In this document: positions 13,593 to 24,416 of the stretch, in pieces
Numbering within the stretch: position 1 is the first letter of the stretch
How the letters are laid out: the number at the start of each line of letters is the position of its first letter
Assembly (NCBI GenBank): GCA_013239625.1
Contig: MU054323.1
Coordinates: 13,501,950-13,565,949 of the forward strand
DNA length: 64,000 bases
Direction of reading: 5' to 3'
Source of the DNA: Lama guanicoe
Taxonomy: Eukaryota
Translations under genes and position numbers: made by a program
Notes under the pieces: generated by a model
What the model was told of the DNA's origin: nothing
The model's database searches: none
Seen by the model: the letters and a program-made list of their open reading frames with translations, nothing else

Positions 13593-13778
13593 TAGGGTTG
13601 CCAGATAAAATACAGGATGATCAGTTAAATCTGAATTGCAGATAAACTACATATCTAGTATAAGTATGTCCTGAGTAATGCATTGGACACACTTATGCTA
13701 AAAAAATTATTTGTGGTTTATGTAATTCAAATTTAACTAAGTGTCCTGTATTTTTATTTGTGAAATTTGGCAACCCTA
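13593..13778. mobile_element. MER53 palindromic hAT-type MITE
   Basis: TIRs TAGGGTTGCCA...TGGCAACCCTA; nearly the whole element is self-complementary; AACCAGAT repeated on both flanks (13581, 13779). Confidence 0.85.
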
Positions 13779-13965
13779 AACCAGATGAAGGGTGAGACCT
13801 ACCCACTTAATTTGCAAGGAAATACCAGAAAAAGTAGGAGGAAAATGATAATTGAGTCCAAAAAGAAATTTTTGACACTAACATTTCTCTACTGCTATTA
13901 GAAAAAGAGAAAAGTAGTACATACTGTTGTCTCCTCACCCCTTAATTTATTTTATTTTTTAACAG

Positions 13966-14068
13966 ATGACAATGGAGAGCTGAATAATAGTTATTTGCCA
14001 AGAATAGTTCTACTGATGCACCGATGGTATTTATCTTCCACTGAACTGGCGGAAAAACTTCTCTGCAT
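13966..14068 (+). CDS. RASGRP3: RASGRP3 coding exon 2 (DDNGELNNSYLPRIVLLMHRWYLSSTELAEKLLC)
   Basis: aacAG acceptor at 13965; ends at AT|ATATCTTTT (U12 donor). Confidence 0.95.
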
Positions 14069-15893
14069 ATATCTTTTCAACTACTGTGTAATTTTTACAA
14101 TCATAAATCAAGTTCTGTATTTAGATAGAGTGTCTAACCAAAGCCAATAAATTAAGATGAATAAACAGTCTTCAGTCAGTTATCCAGCTGTTTTGTGAAT
14201 ATATATAGATGTCTAGACAAAACAGCTGGATGATTGACCAGATAGTTGACTATCCATCTGGATGTTTTGGCTCCACTTGAAAATAATCACTAGATATAAA
14301 ATGAGACAGGAGCTGTAGGCTGAATGTTTCTAGCTTGTCTTAAACATTTCTGTTGTTAGTACAATGAAAGAGTATTTAAGACTAATTTGAGAGCTAATTT
14401 GTTCCTTTCAAGAAGGAAAAATGGTGGACCTAGAGGATACATTTTAGACATATGGAAATGACAGCCAAAATAGTATGATCTGGCTCAGGCATAAACACCA
14501 CTTAAATTTTCATATCTTCCCTTACTGGCAAGACACAAGGAACATTCCAGCAGATTTATTATAATTTGTCAATAAGTATTAATTTTAAATTTTCTTCTGA
14601 CATAAAAGCAAAAAAAAACCCCACATAATTAGAAACCCATTTATAATAAGGGCTTTTAGCAGTCCACCACTTTTGTACATGGTACAGTCCTAAAAGGTGG
14701 TTAAAAGCCAGATGACTGAAAATGGCTACAAAATAGTCTAACACTTATAAGGAGGTTTTATTCCCTGAGATCTAATGTTTATTATATAATCACTAATGTT
14801 GGTTCCTACAGTCTCTGCCTGCTTCACGCCCAGGGGTCCTACAGGTGAGTAAGAAGCCTTGCCGGGCAGAGTGTGCCTAAGAGAGAGGGGGTCCATCAAG
14901 TGTCATTAGGGCCAGCAGGGCTCCTACCTGCTCAATTCATGCTTCCGCCACTTTCTACTTCCCTCCATCATTCCCCCAACCTCAGGGCAGAAGAGGATGT
15001 GAGAGAGGATAAGGGGACATTCACCCTGAACAGAGGTCCCACGAAGTGAGTAGGGTCCCCAGTGATCCAAGAGTTCCACGGGTCCCAGTGTTGAAGGGAA
15101 GTGCATAGGGAAAGACAGAGGGAATTGACTCAGTCTGGCCCCATCCTTCCTCAGGATTCAAACAATGTCCAAAAAATGTGCCCACAAACAGCATTCTCAT
15201 CATTAGCAACGTCCACTGTTACATGAAACGCAAACAAAATGAGACATTTAGGCAGAGCCCAATATCTGAAAGTATGGATTGTACGAAAGTTGAAACTGCC
15301 TGTGAATTAACATTTCTTCAGATTTTCTGCCCTTTGGATTCCTTGCTCACTGCATATCCACAGTGTCCTGGCATATATAGCAGGAGCTCAATAAATATTA
15401 GTTAAAAAGAGTATGAACAAATAGACTTGAGACTAAATCACAACCCCATCTGTGTATTAACATACCTGAAAAAAACATTTTCAAATACTAACGAAATTAG
15501 AGTACTTATATAAAGCATTCATCCTATATTACAAAATCTTTTTGGCTAAAATGGTGCCTCTGTGTACTATCAAATCTAAATTATCTATAGTTGGTAATAT
15601 ATTTGTAATGACAGTTGACAGTCATTACTTGGTAAGTGCTCAGGAAGGTGAAACTCATTTTTTAAGTGGCATCTCTTCCAGACCACAAAAATACATCCCA
15701 GAGCAATAATACATCATTCTAATTATTCAGTGCTGATGGCATCAGAACCCACTTCTCTCCCTATTTGAAAATCCACATAACCCTAATATTCCTACTATGG
15801 CCTTCTTATTAGAACTTCATCTAAATAGATCAAACAGCTGCAGGTCTGTTCAAAGGAAACTAAGTACAAGCATTTTTTCTTTAACTAATGTAC
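14069..15893 (+). other. RASGRP3: U12-type AT-AC intron, 1825 nt
   Basis: 5'ss ATATCTTTT, branch TTCTTTAAC (15877-15885), terminal AC at 15892-15893; only this junction restores LLC-M-YRN. Confidence 0.93.
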
Positions 15894-15956
15894 GTATCGA
15901 AATGCCAGTGGAGAAAGCTGTGATGAATTTCGATTAAAGATCTGCTACTTCATAAG
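15894..15956 (+). CDS. RASGRP3: RASGRP3 coding exon 3 (MYRNASGESCDEFRLKICYFIR)
   Basis: Follows AC acceptor; donor AAG|GTAAAT. Confidence 0.95.
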
Positions 15957-16509
15957 GTAAATACTTAGAAATTTAATTGTCTTGTAGTTTCTGATTCTGG
16001 AATTGTTGACAGTTTCCTTTGCCCCAAACAACAGACTTAGTCTGACAATAGAATTGACTCAAATTCCCCTTTTATTGATTTTGTTTAAGTTGGCCCTCCT
16101 CTGTTCCTTCGGGGTAGAATTTAGCTTTCTTTTTGACTAGAAATCAAGCAGTGATCAATGTGATTAGAGAATGAAGCCAACGTTCAGAAAGAGTACATTC
16201 TTTTTTTTTTGTCTACTCCCTCACCATACACATTCCCACCTACTTGCCATGAGTTGAGAGAAAAATTTTCTCTCAGCTGTGGTTCTAAAGAGAGAGTCAG
16301 AAAGAGTGGCTCAGAGTGGGAGAGGTGGACTTGGGTCCTTGATTGAAGGAGAGACGAGTGAGATTCAATGTGATTGGTGAGGGATCAAAGATCGCTAACT
16401 TGGGTTGTGGGTCCCGGATGTGTTGTTAAATGTAATCTGTAAAAACAATAGTTTCCATAGAAGTCTACTTAAAATCTTCCGATTGTCAAAAATACTTGGT
16501 GCCTTTCAG

Positions 16510-16641
16510 GTACTGGATTCTGAAGTTTCCTGCAGAGTTTAATTTGGACCTCGGTTTGATCCGTATAACTGAGGAGTTCCGGGAAGTAGCTAGTCAACTG
16601 GGATATGAGAAACACGTCAGCCTCATTGACATATCCAGCAT
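16510..16641 (+). CDS. RASGRP3: RASGRP3 coding exon 4 (YWILKFPAEFNLDLGLIRITEEFREVASQLGYEKHVSLIDISS)
   Basis: tttcAG acceptor; AT|GTAAGA donor; phase-consistent. Confidence 0.97.
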
Positions 16642-16959
16642 GTAAGAGTGGTGTAAGCTTCTTTCAAACAAGATGAGTCCGCTGTTTTGGGGAGGGAGTA
16701 GTGATGACCCCACTTGACCTCCATGCACACCATTTCAGAATCAAGGTGTGCTTCTTTGAGGAAAGGCTTGCTGCAATGAGCACAGCCCCACTGGACATAG
16801 TTCATCTCTCCAAGCTTCAGTTTCTTTATTTGCAAAGTGGGGATGGTACTTTTCTCATGGGGTTATTATAAGCATCCAATAAATACAAAAGATTATGTCT
16901 GAAAGCATTTGGAACATGATAGATGCTCAGTACCTAGTTACTAAATCTAGCTAATGTCT

Positions 16960-17130
16960 CATGCCTTTGCCACTCATAGTGTGTTCTGTGGATCAGCAGT
17001 GTTGGCATCACCTGGGGGCTCAATAAAAATGCAGACTCTCATGCTCCACCTTACACTGCTGAATGGAACTATAGTTTAATAAGATCCCCAGGTGATTCAT
17101 ATGCTCATTCAAGTCTGAGATGCTCTATAC
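16960..17130. mobile_element. MER5A/B (hAT-Charlie) MITE; similar copies at ~17360-17540, ~19010-19190 and ~52400-52520
   Basis: ggcatcacctggg...aaaatgcagactctc...aagatccccaggtgattc signature. Confidence 0.75.
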
Positions 17131-17886
17131 TGTGGTGCTTCTGAGGTCAGCCTGAGGCTGTACAAATGTTGACCATTAATTGTATCATGAACTGATTAGC
17201 TCAGTTGTTAGGAACTTAGTGCTCATTAGGCTAGCATTTTATATCAACTAGTTAACTTTGCAGACAAAACTATTTTAGGTCCCTAAGTATGGTTATCCAT
17301 ATTACAAATATATGCTCTTGTGTCCTAGAGATTCACACCCTAGTCTGTTTTCCTAGAAAACTTCTTCAAGAGTGATCAATGGTGAGCAATCCAGGAATCA
17401 TTAGGGATACTGTTTAAAATACAGATTATTCGGATTATTCATTCCTAGTAAGTCAGAATCTCTGGTAGCGAGGTCCAGGCCTTTGTCTTTATACAAGCTT
17501 TTCAGATAGTCTATATGTTGCTGAAGCATGAGAACCAGCTTTTGGTGATCTCCATGTACCTTAAATCACCATTTATATATTGATAAACTCCCTAATGTAT
17601 ATCCCTAGCCCTAACCTCGGCCTTCTGATCCAAACCTTTCACAAGAAAGGCCAAGTAAGAGATTCTGGATGGATCAGTGCAAACCCACCCTATCTGGAAA
17701 GACACTTGAAGTTTATGTTCTATTGGCAATGGGTCAGTGGTTTTCTCTTCAAATATGGAGGGCAGGGCATGTATTCTGCACAAGCCCCTGGAAGCAGGCC
17801 ACAAGTTACAGAGTCAGTAGGTTAATAACTTCCATTGAGTGAAATGGGCTTTCAGCACATTGACCAGACTCACTCTTCTTTTATAG

Positions 17887-18034
17887 TCCTTCCTATGATT
17901 GGATGAGAAGAGTCACACAGAGGAAAAAAGTATCCAAGAAGGGAAAAGCCTGTCTGCTGTTTGACCATCTGGAGCCCATTGAATTGGCTGAGCACCTCAC
18001 TTTTCTGGAGCATAAATCTTTTAGAAGGATCTCA
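17887..18034 (+). CDS. RASGRP3: RASGRP3 coding exon 5 ([49 protein letters not shown]; includes Thr133, start of CDC25 domain)
   Basis: ttatAG acceptor; TCA|GTAAGT donor; ORF track 17903. Confidence 0.97.
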
Positions 18035-19459
18035 GTAAGTAACTGGACATTTTTTCCTCCAAGGATAACAACCACCATGCCAACTTTCCCAAGAGCTGAG
18101 TTTTCATTCTCTGAAGTGTTGGCAGCCTCTGTCACCGTGCTCCACTGGAAAAGCGCCCTTACTTCACAGGAACAATCCCTTTTAACCAAAGATAAATATT
18201 ATCCTGTCTTTATTTTATGGCTCAGGAGCTATATTTCTGTCGCTATTTTCAATGTCTCCTTTCATAGGATTAAAGCATGGTTTTCTAAATACTCAGCAGA
18301 GATTGAACCATTCAAAGTTTTTATTTAGCTCCATTGACTGCTCCCAAGTGAACATGTTTGGCTGGGCCCTTTATTTGGGGGGAATAAATATTTATTTAGG
18401 TTGGGATTTTTATAAATGCCTAATTATGGGTATAGGTTGAAAATAGGAATCGTAGGCTTTCAGAAGGAGAATCTCAGCATCAGGTTGTTTCTTTCCCAGG
18501 GATGGAGATCCTAGATTAAATTTTTCTTTTTAACTCTGCCTTGATAGCATTCCTTCTCTTCATCCCTTTTCTTCCTCCTGACTATGATCTCTTCCTAGCC
18601 ACCTATTCACTATTCACTGGCTGTATTATTTCCACAATAGTTCACAATCAGCCTTTTCTTTGTCTCACCAAGCTCTGGGGAAGTCACTCTTTCTTTTCCA
18701 AAATGCCAAAGAAGAACATGAGGTTAGAAGTACGGATTTCTGAAAGATATTCTTTTCACTAAATAATCCTACTTGGAGAGGACCTTATCTTTCTCCATAG
18801 ACAGGCCATGAGAGGGAACCCCCTGCACCATTTGTTTATAAGATAGGAAGCTCCTATGTATCTGATGACACCCATGCTGACTTCCCAAAAATGTGTCTGT
18901 TTTGCTAAACAGTGGCCTTAATCCAATTACTATTTTTTCTCTTTTTTTCTTGAAAAAACTTTGTAAACTTATTCTGACTTGAAATTACGATATTTGTATT
19001 CATTTCCTCCTCTTACTTGTATCTCAAAGTTGCCTGACCATTGGAATCACCAGCAGTTGGTGAAAAATGGAGATTCTTAGGTTGTCCCTCAGGAACAGTG
19101 AACCTGTAGATCTGACATGTTCCCTGAAACCAGTATTTAGCAAATGCCCCAGGTGGATCTTATGACTCAGCAAATTTTGGACTCACTGGAATATGACTCT
19201 GAGTCTTGTCTCTTCCTTCTCCCAGCAACACTGTGGTGTATAATAAATGTGTGTCTGTATAGGAGAGTGAAAATCAGCAGAATAACATGTTAATGGCACA
19301 GAAATAGTTAACCTTGTAAGATGCTATTATAAACATGAAATGAAAGAAATCATTATGTTGTCCGGAAACAGTTATCTCACCTCTTCCATGCAACATTCTA
19401 ATTTCTGATTTTGCAAAGACTCCATTATAATTCAGAGTCTCTGAATCTTCCTTTCCTAG

Positions 19460-19633
19460 TTCACCGATTACCAAAGCTATGTCATCCATGGCTGCCTGGA
19501 GAACAATCCAACCTTGGAGCGATCTATTGCTTTATTTAATGGAATCTCTAAGTGGGTCCAGTTGATGGTTCTCAGCAAACCAACCCCTCAGCAAAGAGCA
19601 CAAGTCATCACAAAGTTTATCAATGTTGCCAAG
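19460..19633 (+). CDS. RASGRP3: RASGRP3 coding exon 6 ([58 protein letters not shown])
   Basis: ttcctAG acceptor; AAG|GTATGT donor. Confidence 0.97.
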
Positions 19634-20025
19634 GTATGTATGTCTGTTAATTAGACTGGGGTTCTCAAAGGATTCTAGATATTCATTCACTCTGTTGAGA
19701 AGAGTCATTGAGGAAATTTGGGGTTCACAAGATAAAAGCCAATTAAACTACCCATTAAGTGTCTAATGAATAAATCATACTTCTCTCATGCAAGAAGATT
19801 GCTTTTAATTGGCCATACTTTAGAAGCATTTAATGTAGCTATTTTTCTGTGAAATGATTGATATATTTTTCTAGTAGATTTCATTTGTCCTTCATTTTGA
19901 ATTGATATTATTTTTCCTACATCTTGGTTATTAAAATTGTACATGACTTCATCTGTAACTTGAAAAGATCAGAATAATTCAAAAATTGTTACAAAGTATT
20001 GAAGTTAACATTTTTTTAATTGCAG

Positions 20026-20142
20026 AAGCTCCTTCAGCTCAAAAATTTTAACACCCTGATGGCAGTGGTGGGAGGCCTTAGTCATAGTTCCATTTCCCGG
20101 CTCAAAGAGACCCATTCTCATCTTTCTTCAGAAGTTTCAAAG
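20026..20142 (+). CDS. RASGRP3: RASGRP3 coding exon 7 ([39 protein letters not shown])
   Basis: tgcAG acceptor; AAG|GTACAG donor; CDC25 [12 protein letters not shown] motif. Confidence 0.97.
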
Positions 20143-20769
20143 GTACAGTGAATCAGATCCTAATCCTAAATGAAAAATTCATTTGTAAATTATTTAGGGG
20201 TAAGATGCTCCTAACAAATGTCACTCAGTAGGGGAAAGTTTTCTTCTTAGATAGTAGTAGGTTACACATGAGGGATAAAATAGTAAAGGAATAGCCATTC
20301 CACTTGGAAAAACAGGCTGGAGGTGGTGGCAAGTGTCCCAGAAAGAATACCTTGAATATCATTAACATATTGTAATTTTAAATATTCAGTAAATATGTAT
20401 TTGGTGTTTACTATGTGGTAGACATTGTGAAACACACTGGGGGAGGCAGGGATAGGGCAAATAAGACCAAAATGGTTCCTTCTCTCCCTTCCTCAAATGA
20501 AGTCTTTGAATACCTGCTCTCTTCTTAGCACTGTGTTTGACACAGTGGAAGAGACAAAGGAATTGGAGGGGGGGCATAAGCCTTGTATAGAAATCCCTCA
20601 GATTATAGCTGAGTTGTTAGAAATAAAAAAAAAATTTAAACAATGGTCATTTCCCAAACCCAGATTTTTCTGCCATGTTTATTTCCAAACCACAATAATT
20701 TTTCCTTATTAAGCAAAAAAGAACAGTTCATTCTTATGAATAGATCTCCCTATAAGAGTGTACTTTGCT

Positions 20770-21340
20770 GTATAAGTAAAGACACTTTCAGCTGTAAGTT
20801 TAAAAAAAAATCTTAAAATTGCTTAAACAATAAGGAAATAGATTGTCTCACATACCAGAACATCCAGAGGCAGGGTCAACTCCAGGCATGGTCTGATCAG
20901 AGCTCTGGCTCAGTTGCTCTTTTTTCTTCTGAGTATCAGTTTTTGGTTTTTGTTTGTTTGTTTGTTTGTTTGTTTCGTCAGACTGGCTTTCCTCCTGATT
21001 GTGCTGTCTGCAGCACAGGAAAATTATGCTCTCTTATTCATGAAAGTTGGATATAGGAAAAACTTCTTTCTTCAGCTCTGCCCCCATGGAATTAAAGACC
21101 TTTTTCAGACAGATTGGACCATCTCAAATCACATGCCCATCCCTGGACCAATAACAGTATCCAGAGGAATACAATGTATTGATTGGCTTAATTCTGTGTT
21201 CCTGAACCAATCACAAGCCACAGGGATGGAATTATGATGATCAGAACCCATCCTTGGACCTGGGCATGGAAACAGCTCCATCTGAGTCACATGGGCTGCT
21301 TTGGGCAAGAGCAGACTGATCAAAATTAGGGTCTATTAGG
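20770..21340. mobile_element. Old MLT1-type LTR
   Basis: gcttaaacaataaggaaat...catgcccatccctggaccaat...gattggc motifs typical of old MLT1 subfamilies. Confidence 0.55.
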
Positions 21341-22152
21341 AAGGTCTGGTTGCTATTAGGCAACCAACAATAACTTGTCCATATAAACAAGAGGATATAA
21401 GCCACAGAAGCACTGCTGTCTGACCTCAAACACTGCACCCGTTCCAAGTATAATGGGGCTCATTATGTAAGTGTTTCATTTTCCTTGAGATTTGTACTGA
21501 ATGTCCAGCAAAGAGCAAAACATATTTTAAATATTGTGAAGAATAAGAATTCAATGGAAGCTCATAGAGGCTTGGAACCACCAGTTTGTCTTCAAAATTA
21601 TTTATTTGAACTCCTCTTTCTTACAGAAAAGGAAACCAAGGCCCCCAAAAGTGGAGTGATTTGCTTAAGGTCACCCTCCTGGTTAGTGGCAGAGTCCAAA
21701 ACCACAGCTATCTCATACCTCAGTGTGTTCCTACCTGATACTGCCCTAGATTAACCTTCAAGTTATATCTTGAATGCAACTTTAAAGGACAACTAGGAAA
21801 TTTTAATACACTACATACTTTGATACAATACATGCTTGTATTTGTGGATTGCAGTAGTTCCAGGAATTGCAAAATACTTATATATACATGATGCTATTTG
21901 ACATCTCAGCATCCCTAGTAGGTAGGCAGAGGTGCAGGCTGTTCTGTTTTGTAGCAGAGTGGAACAGTCTGTCCAACTCATAGCCAGGCCTGGTACATTT
22001 TTCTAACTTTCTTTTTCCTGGTTCATATTTCCCTGCATCAACAATTGATACTTCTCTCAGTAGCCGAGGAATTTCCTAGCCACACACTGCTGGGCCTAGG
22101 GTGGGCAGAAGGGAAGGCTGTTTGAAAATTCTACTTTTCCATCTGCTCCCAG

Positions 22153-22428
22153 AACTGGAATGAAATGATGGAGCTGGTCTCCTCCAACGGCAATTACTGT
22201 AATTACCGCAAGGCCTTTGCTGACTGCGATGGCTTCAAAATCCCAATCCTTGGCGTCCACTTGAAAGACTTGATAGCAGTCCATGTCATTTTCCCAGACT
22301 GGACAGAGGAGAACAAAGTGAACATTGTGAAAATGCACCAGCTCTCTGTTACCCTGAGTGAACTGGTCTCCCTGCAGAACGCCTCTCACCACTTGGAACC
22401 CAACCTGGATTTGATCAACTTGCTCACG
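22153..22428 (+). CDS. RASGRP3: RASGRP3 coding exon 8 (NWNEMMELVSSNGNYCNYRKAF...LEPNLDLINLLT)
   Basis: cccAG acceptor; ACG|GTGAGT donor; ORF track 22165. Confidence 0.97.
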
Positions 22429-24329
22429 GTGAGTCCAAGGGACTGAAGTTTGTGGTAATAACTCGTCACTTCCCAGGGGATACAGGAAGAGCTGTGCCAG
22501 CATTTCACTATTTGGAGGGAGTGGGGTTTGAATTCAGGGTTAATAAATGGGAAGAAATCTCAAAGGATGAAGAGAGAGAAACCCACACCCATAATCAGCA
22601 TGACTTGAGAATAATCTAGCAAAAAAAAAATTCCCTTTGCTTTGAGGGGCCTCAATCCCTATCCCCAGTCTCTATCCCTACATCTCCCACTTCTGAAGTT
22701 CTTAGAGCCCTCTCCAGCCCTGTCGTCAGTGCTTCACTCTCCTGCATCACACTCATCTCAGTCATCACCTCCTTCTACGTGTCCTCGACTCACCAGCTTC
22801 CCTGGATCCTCACTGCACTGCTGTAGTTGAGGCCTGGAGTAATGTAGAGACCATCTCTGTCATCTCCTTGTCCCCGACCACTACCAACCTCCCCAAACCA
22901 CCAGATGTAGTTCCCAGCCTGGCATTCGAGGCCCTTCAGGACTTGTTTTCTGATGGTCAGCCTATCCTCATTTGTCATCATCTGATCCTGCATCACACCT
23001 GCCTTGGGGAACTATTGGTCCTCTACTTTCCACCACAAACTGCTGCTTTCGGCTTCTGAGCCTTTGTATTTTCTTGGAAAAACCCACCCCTGTGACTAGT
23101 TTAAATTCAAAAGCCTCTATCTTTCTGGAGCGTTCTCTGTTCCCTTCCAAAGCAGTCATACATCTGTCACGTGTTGCCCTTGCACTTTGTACTTTAACTA
23201 TAGGAGGTATCACTTGACATTAGATTTTCTTTTTTTCTGTTTACATGCCTTCTACATCACATGTCCTCAGCACCTCACACACAACCTGGCATATTTTGGA
23301 GCTCAACAGATGAACTGAGGGCTGTATTTAGGAATAATATGGGTCAGAAGAAATTCATCTACTGCTCATACTTTTTGGCATTTGTGGCACATACCTTTAG
23401 CTGGTCTGTAGGTCCTAGCACTTTTAGATACACAGGTGTGTAGAAGAGAACATTTCGCATTGGCTGCTGCTTTGTCAGGGGGCAAGAAGCATAAGCAAAT
23501 TCTCTCACCCCTGCTTAAACAAGTGGAGGAGCAACTTCCTTGTTTGGGTTTGTAACACTGTAGCATCTGAAACTTGGCTGCAATACTGAATTGACTACTT
23601 CCTCCCAATGGCCATAGGAAAAGAAAAGAACCGCTCTGAAGCTCTGAAGGGCTAAATTCTCTAGGACTGCTGCATAGGAATAAGAGTGCGTTCCTAGACC
23701 TTCCCACAAACTGTTCCTAGAACACATAATTGCTTACCAAAGAATAGAACCCCTAGGTGTAGGCAGTAATGGCAGCTGCACTCTTAGTGTAAAGCAGAAG
23801 TGGTCAACACACAGAAACACAAATCTCTTGGGGTTGAATTTGTGTGACAAATAGTAAATACACAGACATTCTCTATTGTGGGGGAAAACCTCACAATAAT
23901 CCAGGCACCTGCATTTATTAATCATTTGCCATGTAAATCTGTTTCTATGAATAAGTGACCAGAGTTGCAGCCCCAATCAGAGTGCAAACCCACAGGCACA
24001 GGTGATGTCTGCAGACCAGTCCCAAGGTGTAGCCCAGGTTTCAAGTGTCTGTGTCCAGACTGTCTCTCTGAGATGGAAGATAATTTCACAGAGCAGATGC
24101 CCACACTTGGGGCAATTTCTCATCCAGAAAAAAGATCATGATGGAGCAGAGAAAATAAATTTTTGAGTTGTAAATGCAGCAAGCAATATCATGACAGATA
24201 TTTAGAGAAATACTGAAGGATTTTTGCATGAAATTTTTGGGGTGCAAATGAAAAATCTTAACTCTAGAAATAAAAACTAAGAAATAATTCCTTTTTGCTG
24301 GGAAGGAAAGAAACAAGAAAAAGACTCAT

Positions 24330-24332
<3 letters not shown>

Positions 24333-24412
<80 letters not shown>
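24333..24412. repeat. Perfect (CT)40 microsatellite
   Basis: Directly visible, 80 nt uninterrupted. Confidence 0.98.

Positions 24413-24416
<4 letters not shown>

Noticed and set aside
22096..22503. Minus-strand ORFs overlapping exons (also 45384-45764)
   Set aside because: Antisense shadows of RASGRP3 codon usage
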